Position numbers and translations under genes: made by a program. A stretch of 64,000 bases of DNA, from positions 1 to 64,000 of the forward strand of contig JBNJNM010000015.1 of assembly GCA_052426225.1 (NCBI GenBank), given 5' to 3'. Positions within the stretch are counted from its first letter, which is position 1, and each line of letters begins with the position of its first letter. The notes under the pieces are model-generated. The model was not told the origin of the DNA. It did no database searches and saw only the letters and a program-made list of their open reading frames with translations. Shown here piece after piece: positions 1 to 10,640 of this stretch. This stretch comes from Zancudomyces culisetae HAW-14-8. Lineage: Eukaryota; Fungi; Kickxellomycota.

Positions 1-1398
1 TCTAACCCTAACCCTAACCCTAACCCTAACCCTAACCCTAACCCTAACCCTAACCCTAACCCTAACCCTAACCCTAACCCTAACCCTAACCTAACCCTAA
101 CCCTAACCCTAACCCTAACCCTAACCCTAACCCTAACCCTAACCCTAACCCTACCCTAACCCTAACCCTAACCTAACCCTAACCCTAACCCTAACCCTAC
201 CCTAACCCTAACCCTAACCTAACCCTAACCCTAACCCTAACCCTAACCCTAACCCTAACCCTAACCCTAACCCTAACCCTAACCCTAACCCTAACCCTAA
301 CCCTAACCCTAACCCTAACCCTAACCCTAACCCTAACCCTAACCCTAACCCTAACCCTAACCCTAACCCTAACCCTAACCCTAACCCTAACCCTAACCCT
401 AACCCTAACCCTAACCCTAACCCTAACCCTAACCCTAACCCTAACCCTAACCCTAACCCTAACCCTAACCCTAACCCTAACCCTAACCCTAACCCTAACC
501 CTAACCCTAACCCTAACCCTAACCCTAACCCTAACCCTAACCCTAACCCTAACCCTAACCCTAACCCTAACCCTAACCCTAACCCTAACCCTAACCCTAA
601 CCCTAACCCTAACCCTAACCCTAACCCTAACCCTAACCCTAACCCTAACCCTAACCCTAACCCTAACCCTAACCCTAACCCTAACCCTAACCCTAACCCT
701 AACCCTAACCCTAACCCTAACCCTAACCCTAACCCTAACCCTAACCCTAACCCTAACCCTAACCCTAACCCTAACCCTAACCCTAACCCTAACCCTAACC
801 CTAACCCTAACCCTAACCCTAACCCTAACCCTAACCCTAACCCTAACCCTAACCCTAACCCTAACCCTAACCCTAACCCTAACCCTAACCCTAACCCTAA
901 CCCTAACCCTAACCCTAACCCTAACCCTAACCCTAACCCTAACCCTAACCCTAACCCTAACCCTAACCCTAACCCTAACCCTAACCCTAACCCTAACCCT
1001 AACCCTAACCCTAACCCTAACCCTAACCCTAACCCTAACCCTAACCCTAACCCTAACCCTAACCCTAACCCTAACCCTAACCCTAACCCTAACCCTAACC
1101 CTAACCCTAACCCTAACCCTAACCCTAACCCTAACCCTAACCCTAACCCTAACCCTAACCCTAACCCTAACCCTAACCCTAACCCTAACCCTAACCCTAA
1201 CCCTAACCCTAACCCTAACCCTAACCCTAACCCTAACCCTAACCCTAACCCTAACCCTAACCCTAACCCTAACCCTAACCCTAACCCTAACCCTAACCCT
1301 AACCCTAACCCTAACCCTAACCCTAACCCTAACCCTAACCCTAACCCTAACCCTAACCCTAACCCTAACCCTAACCCTAACCCTAACCCTAACCCTAA
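1..1398 (+). repeat. Telomere, (CCCTAA)n = (TTAGGG)n on the opposite strand
   Basis: Near-perfect hexamer array from base 1 with the C-rich strand 5', as expected for a left chromosome end. A few 1-bp indels occur in the first ~220 bp. Confidence 0.99.
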
Positions 1399-1589
1399 CC
1401 CTATCCCTATCCCTATCCCTATCCCTATCCCTAACCCTAACCCTAACCCTAACCCTAACCCTATCCCTATCCCTATCCCTATCCCTATCCCTATCCCTAT
1501 CCCTATCCCTATCCCTATCCCTAACCCTATCCCTATCCCTATCCCTATCCTCATTCCCGTTTCCTATCTCTATCCCTATCCCTATCCCA
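1399..1589 (+). repeat. Proximal telomere-variant repeats (CCCTAT)n interleaved with CCCTAA, degrading into unique sequence
   Basis: Directly visible runs of ccctat with short ccctaa blocks, then degenerate units (cctcat, cccgtt, tcctat, ctctat). Confidence 0.95.
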
Positions 1590-1830
1590 AAATCAATCGT
1601 ATCTTCATGAAAACTGCTAACATAATCGCTTCTTTGATTAAAAGTTATCAACCTGAATGAGATAATTTCTCAAAGAACTGAACTTAATAATTTGAGATAA
1701 GTCCTAACACGCTTAAATTCATTGCAGTTAAAAACAATAACATTTCTAGAACTCAAAAGCTAGCTAAAATCATTGAAGCTCACTGTTTTACGATAATATA
1801 TAAAGCCACCAATGAAAAAATCCAACTAAT

Positions 1831-2163
1831 TGTCATAAACTAATATTAAACAGTTTCAATTTAAATCAACAAACAATATCAAACATGATTTGGATGAATC
1901 AGAAATATGATTTTAAACATGTTTAATATTGAAACTAGCACACAACACAACTTTACTTTAAATAGTTCATTAATTTTAACTCTTTGCTATTTATGCAACA
2001 TTTTAGTCTTTAATATGAATTTATATAATACATCCAAAAACTTTAAATAGCATACTCTATTTCTTCAGAAAAACTAATCTGACAACAAGTGTCAACTATA
2101 GTTATATTTTATAGTACTACTTAATAATCACCAAATTACACCAAAATAAATAATTTCATGTCA
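1831..2163 (+). repeat. 5' LTR of element 1
   Basis: Direct repeat of 7482-7814 with TG...CA ends. Confidence 0.92.
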
Positions 2164-2279
2164 GTTTGACAGATCAATAAATAAAACTACTACTATCATG
2201 TCAGTGAATAATTACATAGACCTTGATGCACTAATAATAATGACTGAAGTCATTTTAATGAATTACATAGGATGGCAAC

Positions 2280-2673
2280 TGTCACGACTTGACACTAAGT
2301 ACTATTTGTATTAACTATGGCTATGATTTATTTAATATAATAATATGAGATTAAAATTATTATTTTGCTAAAGTTTCCTAAAGCAATAAAATCATTGTCC
2401 TTATATAGTTTAACAATATACAAAATTAATTGTAAAACATAAAAAAATCTATACTTAAACTATATCTTAAAACTATATAATTTAACTGTCAACTCCACAG
2501 TTAACATTTAATAATTTGGGGTAAAACCAAATTAATAAATTTTATTAATTCTTACTCCATATTTAATAATTTATGAGTAAGAATTAAAGCTGAGAAAACG
2601 TCAATAAATTTAACATTTGCTATTTTTAATAACATATTAAAAATAGCAATAATAACATGAATAGATCATGACA
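2280..2673 (-). mobile_element. Solo LTR (394 bp) inserted in the gag of element 1, related to the LTR of element 3
   Basis: TGTCA...TGACA ends with a perfect 5-bp TSD GCAAC (2275-2279, 2674-2678). Removal restores ATG GCA ACC CAA CTA GAC (MATQLD). Both ends and an internal TTGCTAAAG...CAATAAAATCA segment resemble 31770-32092. Confidence 0.9.
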
Positions 2674-3792
2674 GCAACCCAACTAGACGATCTTCAGCAC
2701 CGCTTAAATATGTTAAGAATTAATCAAGCAAACGAGTTACCAGTGGCTAGAGAACCAAGAGTAGCAGATCCTGAAAACTTTAGTGGCAATAGAGACCAAC
2801 TAAGATACTTTGTAGCACAAGTCCAACTAGTCATACAAGCTCAACCCTCTAGATTTTCAACAGATACTCAGAAAGTCATTTTTGCTTCTACTTTCCTTCG
2901 TGGTCCTGCTATCTCGTGGTTACAATCGTTTCTAGAATCTAATGATTATTAACCAACCCTGGAAAATTTTGACATTTTCATAAACGAACTATATCTGTTT
3001 TCGGAAACCACACCAATCTTCGACAGCTGAACGTCAACTCAGAAAAATTCGCCAGTTGAAATCCGCAGCCACCTATGCTACTGTATTTCGTCGTATTTCC
3101 ACACTTATGTCCTGGCATGACGCAGCACTCTGTAGCCAATTTTATGAATGACTTGAATAAGACATTAAAGATTTATTAGCCCGTTTTGATAGACCTGACA
3201 ACTTTTCAGAATTAATTGACCTCGCTATAAAAATCGACAACAGATTATTTGAAAGAAACCTTGAAAAATCGTTTCGTCCTCGCCCAATGCATATTCAAAA
3301 TTTGGATAACTCTACACCATCAAATAACAATTTAATAAACATAACACAGCCTCGGGTGCAACAAATGGAAATTGACGGAAATTCATCTCGTCGCCCACCA
3401 CTCACTTAGACTGAAAAAAAACGCCGCCGCGACCTTAATCTTTGTCTATACTGTGGTATTCCTGATCATGTCATTTCATCTTTTCTTCGTCGCCCGTAAA
3501 TAAAGGTAATAAATACCTTATCTGCAATCATTATTAAGGAAAACAATTAAGCTCAAGACAATTTTCGGACGTAGTCTTGAGCGTATCTAATTATCCTAAA
3601 CCGTCCACTTCAATCAATAATCTTTACCCTTTAAGTATTGCAGCTAATGAAACATCCGGAAGTTTGTATCAAGCTGAATTAAATCTACCTTTACAATTTA
3701 ACAATAAAATAAACACTACTGAAATAACCAATCTAACACCTGAATTAAATGAAAAAAATACATTCTACCAATCTAACTATAACTCTGAAAAT

Positions 3793-3990
3793 AAACCTGA
3801 AACCAAATCTGAAGTCAAACCTGAACTTAATACTGAAATCAAACCTGAACTTAAACCTGAACTTAAACCTGAACTTAAACCTGTAACCATATCTTAACTT
3901 ATAATTAAAAATAATCCCGTACTTCACTCATAACCTGAACTTAAGCCTGAACTTAAGCCTGAATTTAAGCCTGAATCTATACCTGACTGC
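3793..3990 (+). repeat. 12-bp tandem repeat (AAACCTGAACTT, encoding KPEL) between gag and protease of element 1
   Basis: Visible tandem copies at 3841-3885 and 3931-3975, plus degenerate copies. Confidence 0.85.
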
Positions 3991-6900
3991 AACTTATAAA
4001 TTAATTCCACAATCAATAAGAATCTGACCTGGAACATTTAACTATGTCAACAAATAAAGTTAACTCTCATCTTATAGTATCAGTAACCCTTCGGGTAAAC
4101 AATAACCCGATAAAAACCGTTCCCATGATTGATTCGGTTTCAACTAATTGCTTCATTGATTCTACTTTTGCCAATACTAATAACATTCCATTAGTATTAA
4201 AAAAATTACCAATTCCGCTACTTGTAATTGACGGAAGATTAATTTCGTCAGAGACCATAACACACAATACAATACCTCTTCAACTTAACACCTATAATCA
4301 TCACAAAACTATATCTTTTGATGAAACCAAATAGGGAAAATACCCTGTCATTATTGGAATAAACTGGCTGCGAACCCATAATCCACACATAAGTGGAATT
4401 TTGATAAGTTGTATTTCATGTCTGAATATTGCCAAAATAATTGTAGTATTCAACAAAACCAATGTTATACACACACAATAACTTGCACAATAATTCCAGA
4501 ATAATCAGAAATAACTCCTATACCATCGGAATATTCAGAATTTAAAGATGTATTCGACGAAAAAGCAGCTAATAATTTACCACCTCATCGTACATATGAT
4601 CATAAAATTCCGTTAACACCAGGCTCACAACCACCATTTGGACCATTTAATCACTATCTGAAACAGAACTCGCAGCACTTCGTGATTATTTGAAAGTATA
4701 TTTAGATAACGGTTTTATATATCCTTCATCATCTCCTGCTGGCTCGCCTATACTTTTTGTAAAAAAATAAGATGGATCTTTAAGATAATGCGTTGATTAT
4801 AGCGGATTAAATAACTTGACAATTAAAAGCAGGTATCTCTTACCTTTAATTGGAGTGTTACTCGACAGATTCAGACAAGCGAAAATATTTTCTAAAATCG
4901 ATTGTAGAGGCGCTAATAATTTAATAAGAATAGCTAAGGGAGAAGAATGGAATAATGCATTCCGTACGAGATACGGTCACTATGAATATAGAGATATGCC
5001 ATTCGGACTCTGCAATGCTCCAGCATCGTTTAATATTTCATGAATGATGTATTAACTGACTGCTTAGATAGATTTGCAGTAGTATATTTATATGATATAC
5101 TGGTATATAGTACAATTAGAATACCATATTAAGCATGTAAAAGAGATATTAAGAAGACTCCGAAATAATTCACTATATGCTAAACTGGAAAAATGATGAA
5201 TTCACAAAACAGATGTCGAATTTTTGGGATATATTGTTTCCGATAAAGGGGTAAGTATGGATAAAACAAAGACAATAGCTGTAAGTGCATGGCCTGCACC
5301 AACCTCAATAATAGTAATTCAAACGTTCCTTGGTTTTGCAAATTTAAATAGAAAATTTATATTGAATTATTCAAAGATTGTGACACCTATAACAAAATTG
5401 TTACGAAATAATGAAAAATGGAACTGGACACTGAAGCACAAAACATTTGCGATCAATTAAAAAAACATCTACAACTGCACCTATTTTAAAATATTTTGAT
5501 CCGAATAAATCAATTACTATCGAATCTGATACATTAGACTTCGCAATTAAAGGAGTTATATCACAACGCAACGATAATAACAATTTACATCCTATAGCAT
5601 ATTATTCCAGAATGTTACAACCTGCTGAAATCAACTACGAAATTTATGATAAAGAAATGTTAGTCATAATTGAGGCTTTTAAAGAATGGAGATCATACCT
5701 CGAAAGAGCATTACATCAAATTACGGTTTTAACTGACCATAAAAATCTAGAATATTTTACTACCACTAAAACTTTGAATAGGCGTCAAGCACGATGGGCT
5801 GAATTATTAGGAAATTATAATTTCATTATTAAATACGCAACTGGTTCATCTAACGGGATACCCGATGCTTTGTCCAGACGCCCGGATCATTTGCCTAAGG
5901 AGGGGGATGACGCTCTACGTACTAATAAAACTTTGCTAAAGCCAGAACAATTGATAATTGCAGCAGTAGAACCAATGGTTATAATAATTTTGATAAAACT
6001 ATATTTAATAGTAGCTACGAAAAAGATATTAAAGCTAATTCCATTATTTCTAAATTGCAACATATTAACAATTCATCTAACTCTGAATATCCAAACTTAA
6101 AGGATTATAAATACGACAATGAAATACTTACTTTTAAAGGTAAAACATACATTCCAGATAACATTGAAATCAAACTACTACAACTCAACCAATTTCACGA
6201 TTCGTCTATTGCTGGACACTTCGGACATTCTAAAACCTTTGATCTGATTTCAAGATACTATTATTGGCCAAAAATGAAAAAAATGATTAAAAATTATATT
6301 AACTCATGCGATCAATGTTGCAGATGTAAACCGATAAGACACAAACCATATGGTCAACTACAACCTTTACAGATTCCAGAAAAACCGTGGGAATCAATTT
6401 CTATGGAATTTATTGTTGGGTTACCATTGTCACAAACTTACGATTCAGTATTGATTATTGTAGATAGACTAACAAAAATGGCGCATTTTATTCCAACAAA
6501 TAACAATATCAACGCACAACAAACAGCAAAACTATTTATCAATAACATATTTAAACTTCACGGACTGCCAAAAGATATCGCCTCTGATAGAGGTTCTATC
6601 TTCACTTCAAAATTTTGGAATACTATTATCAAAGTATTAAATATAAAATTAAATATGTCAACAGCATACCATCCACAAACGGATGGTCAAACGGAACGAG
6701 TAAAACAAGTTTTAGAACAGTATATCAGTTTTATTGTAACTACAACCAAACAAACGGGCATGATTTATTAGCACTTGCAGAATTTGCATAAAATAACTCA
6801 CAACACTCAACTACAAAATTTTCACCATTCTACGCTAATACTGGATATCATCCTTCAATATTTCCATCAAATATTTTGACTTCACCCAGTAACTCGCCCA

Positions 6901-7481
6901 TAATCACAGATTTAACTCAGAAAATGTCACAAATTTACAAGGAACTTATAAAAAATATTAAAAATGTAATGAAAGATATGCTAAACTAATGATAAAAACA
7001 GCCAAGCAGAACCCAAGTTTAAACTAGTATCAAAAGTGTGGTTAAATAGAAAATAATTAAAACTAACAGCCCAAATAACAAACTAGATTATACTAAATTA
7101 GGTCCATTGACAATAGTTATAAAAATAAGCAAAGTAGCATACGAACTTCAACTTCCTACGACTATGAAAGTACATCCTGTCTTTCACGTTTCCCTTCTAG
7201 AACCAGTAACTAACAACAATATTGAAGGCCAAATTCAGGAAGCTCCATTACCGGTACTAGTTGATGGAATATCAGAATACAAAGTCGAACAAATATTAGA
7301 CAGTCGTATTAAATATAATAAACTACAATATCTAGTAGACTGGAAAGGGTATGACGCAAGCGAAAGAACTTGGGAACCAGCCGAACATCTAACAAATACA
7401 AAAGAACTTGTGGAAAAGTACCATAATGAAAACCCGAATAAACCAATGTCGCATAGAGATCGTCACTAAGAGAGGGAATAC

Positions 7482-7814
7482 TGTCATAAACTAATATTAA
7501 ACAGTTTTAATTTAAATCAACAAACATTATCAAACATGATTTGGATGAATCAGAAATATGATTTTAAACATGTTTAATATTGAAACTAGCACAAAACACA
7601 ACTTTTCTTTAAATAGTTCATTAATTTTAACTACTTTCTATTTATGCAACATTTTAGTCTTTAATAATAAATTTATATATTACATTCAAAAAGTTTAAAT
7701 AGCATTCTTTATTCCTTCAGAAAAACTTATCGACAACAAGTGTCACAATTAATATATATTTTATAGTAGTACTTAATAATCATCAAATTTCACCAAAAAA
7801 ACAAGTTCATGACA
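7482..7814 (+). repeat. 3' LTR of element 1
   Basis: Follows the PPT; direct repeat of 1831-2163. Confidence 0.92.
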
Positions 7815-8719
7815 CCGATAACATTAAAAGTAAAGAACTCTATACAAACTTCACTTTAGATTTAAAATCATTGCTTCTATTACTTCACTTGCTGATACAA
7901 TTACAAATTTGATGCTGACCTCCTCAATATCTTTTATATTTATCTGCAAATTTTTAAGATTAATTTCAACTGAAGAAAACTAAAAAATCAGAAAATTGCT
8001 GAAGCTAAGAAGGCTATAAAGAAACGAGAACTAGAACATAACTTGTTGACCGTAGGTACACAAGATAGTTTAAAAGGACAAAGATATATATTATGGTAAC
8101 AAATTGCGTCGAAACCATCAACCAACAAAACCATAATATCACTAATATACTACAGTAGAAAAAACAATATAGGAAAGCTAAAAAACTACAAATCCAACAA
8201 AAGACATTCAATTAACAATAAATAAAGAGTAATTAACAACACAAATCTATACAAAAGTTTACATGGCGCTAAAGAAGAAACCACAACAAAATATTCAAAA
8301 AGAAAGTAAAACACAGTTTATACTTCAATTATCATTACCATCAACAATTACTAAGTAACTTTACCAAAAATACAATAAAGTCAACTAAAAATTATTCAGC
8401 TATATTTACTTTTGTTCACAACATGACTTCCAAATCTGATAGTAAAAGCTTATATTAAACAATTGAATTAAACACATACCTCAATTACTTAACAATGAAG
8501 TACATTACATTGACCTTTCTTTTTATAATACCACTCTTCTTTTTACCAAAAGTTATATTATTTTAACAACGTTGATGACAAATTATTATGAAATTATTCT
8601 GAAATGCTTGAGTAAAAATTATTATATTCTATCACTCCTAAACTCACAGAGAAAACTAAATTAATTACCTAAAGTTATCAATTATATCAACCATGACGGA
8701 ATTATTAACATAATAAATT

Positions 8720-9423
8720 TAATAATCACATAGGCCCTATAATCATGGATACACAAGATTATCACAAACAAGGATTCAAAATATTAAACAACATTAACAA
8801 TATTGTACAATTCGTAATAACTCAGATGACATCAATGATCAAGTATTTAATAATACATATATAATCTAATTAACTACTTCACTCCAAATTATTATTCAAA
8901 ATCAAATAAGCCTACTTCATAAAGACAATAATATCCAATTACCGAATTTCTACATAAAATTAATAATCCGTAAAACGCCAATTGAATTTCAACCAATTAC
9001 ATATTCTACCAATTGGTTAACAACGATTCTATCAAAAACAATAGCTATATATTAATTGAACTAGAAAACCCAGTAATCTAAGAAATTCTTAGAATTGATC
9101 AAACAACTTGAAAACAAAGTTATTCCCAATAACTACATCATAGGATCACACGATGATGTTACTTTAATTCATCAGTTAGAATCAAAACTTTGTCAGCACT
9201 ATATTTATATTGAATAAATCTCAATAGCTAACAGATGCCACAAATAATATTTGTAAATCCAACTATTTTATGTAAAATATAGCTGTATTTAAATATATTA
9301 TTGTTATCACAATGGGCACCAATGCAGAATAAATGAACTATACTATACCTTCAAATATTGATAATATTTTAAAATATTTTGCCTTCATTAATACAGATAT
9401 ATTAACGATAAATTCTAGAAAAC
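8720..9423 (+). pseudogene. Decayed Penelope-like (PLE) reverse transcriptase, N-terminal part
   Basis: Manual + strand translation gives, in order, NHIGPIIMDTQDY (DKNLG-type motif), LPNFYIKLIIRKTPIEFQPITYSTNWLTTILSK (cf. FYxLPKxHK..xRPI), ELIKQLE..IGSHDDVTL, VITMGTNA (GxAMGT motif) and YRYIND (RYxDD). Confidence 0.8.
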
Positions 9424-10111
9424 TGTTGTAAACAATGAGCTGCTTATAACTTTGGACCGTGGATTAGTTATGCTTGATTAATATTTATTAGAAGAAGTAT
9501 GTATTTAGAGTAATATATTAATAGATGAGTTAATAAATTAATTTTTATTCCGATGTATACCAACGGAATTTCGAAGGGTTTAATAATTTTTATTAGAGAA
9601 TTTTACTATGAAGAAAAACTTAATGACAATATATTTTAGCTATAAAAATATGATAATGTATAATCTAATTAGATTAGGTATCTACTTATCGTAAACTTAT
9701 AATTTCATTTTTTGATTTTAACATGTATTTAGATTATCGATTATAACATTATATTTGTATATCAATTTACATTGATTTTGTATTAAACTTTAACATTGAT
9801 TTTGTATATCAATTTTAGCATAGATTTTACTTAATGATTTTGGCATAGATTTTATTTATCAATTTAATCATTGATTTTAGATATCCAATTCTCTATGGAT
9901 TATGTCTATCCAGTTTTACCATGGTTAATTATAAATTTAATAATTGTAAAATTTCTTGAATTTTCTATGTAATTTTTCTATAAATAAATTCTGATATTTG
10001 ATGGTGTATTCTGCTAACATAATTTCATGTCGGATGACATTTTCGAATGCCGGAAATGAATTAATATAATAGGTTAAATTTTTCATAAGCCAAAATGTAA
10101 CTATAATTATT

Positions 10112-10413
10112 TGTCAAGGTCTGGACTTGGATAAAATATATTTATTAGTAAACTAGACTATAAGTGAATAAACTAAACGAAACTAAACTCGTTGTAAAAC
10201 TTATCGTTCCATCATGATAATCGTATAGCTTATATACTTTTCATGATGGGACGATAATTTTAAAATTATACTAATTTAAAACATAACTAAAACATAACTA
10301 AAACATTTAAATTAATAATGTGGAGGTCGGTAAATGTTATGGTTATAATTGATAAATTATATGAAACATTGTCCTGTGGAGACAAAGGTTTCATATAATT
10401 TAAAACCATAACA
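10112..10413 (-). repeat. 3' LTR of element 2
   Basis: Direct repeat of 15033-15334, adjacent to the PPT. Confidence 0.97.
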
Positions 10414-10458
10414 CTACCCCCCCCTTTAGACTTGAGTATTTATAACTGTATAGGCCTC

Positions 10459-10612
10459 GGGCCTCAATGGCATAGTCGGTATGTCTCATGATTGTGGTCT
10501 GGTGAATGCGAGTTCGAGTCATTGCTGAATCCTTTAGGTGGTAATGATGCAGGATATTGATTCAATTTTGCCAATCATAATGATGGCCGAGGTTCGATTC
10601 CTCGGGGGTCCA
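10459..10612 (+). tRNA. tRNA-like gene or pseudogene (possibly His-GTG with a ~75-nt intron), antisense within the 3' UTR of element 2
   Basis: Acceptor stem GGGCCTC(10459-65)/GGGGTCC(10605-11) plus discriminator A. A-box TGGCATAGTCGG. D-stem GGCAT/ATGTC. Anticodon stem ATGATT(10488-93)/AATCAT(10573-78). Perfect T-arm CGAGG-TTCGATT-CCTCG (B-box). Followed by a T-run. Non-canonical features: two extra A before T8 and a long variable region. Confidence 0.65.
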
Positions 10613-10614
10613 TC

Positions 10615-10640
10615 TTATTTTTTTTTTTTTTTTTTTTTTT
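10615..10640 (+). terminator. Oligo(dT) run, putative Pol III terminator of the tRNA-like gene; overlaps the pol stop codon on the other strand
   Basis: TTA followed by >20 T directly downstream of the acceptor stem. Confidence 0.6.

Larger units (their letters stand above)
2198..7469 (+). pseudogene. gag-pol pseudogene of element 1 (many stops and frameshifts)
   Basis: Gag PENFSGNRDQLRYF; decayed zinc knuckle CLYCGIPDH (~3440-3480); protease MIDSVSTNCFID; [19 protein letters not shown]; RNase H ESDTLDFAI and TDHKNLEYF; integrase HDSSIAGHFG and AYHPQTDGQTERV; chromodomain YKVEQILDSR..YLVDWKGY..RTWEP. Confidence 0.93.
1831..7814 (+). mobile_element. Decayed Ty3/gypsy chromovirus LTR retrotransposon (element 1)
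   Basis: LTRs 1831-2163 and 7482-7814 (TGTCATAAAC...TTCATG[T/A]CA, roughly 90% identical by eye). PPT AAGAGAGGGAATA precedes the 3' LTR. Fragmented gag, protease, RT, RNase H, integrase and chromodomain ORFs lie in gypsy order. Flanks CTAAT/CCGAT may be a degenerate TSD. Confidence 0.95.

Noticed and set aside
197-1651. Long ORFs of poly(RV) and poly(LG)
   Set aside because: Stop-free readings of the telomere repeat; no evidence that they are genes.
1831-7814. Repeat-induced point mutation (RIP) as the cause of element 1 decay
   Set aside because: LTR differences include many transversions and indels, and element 2 and the segmental duplication are unmutated.
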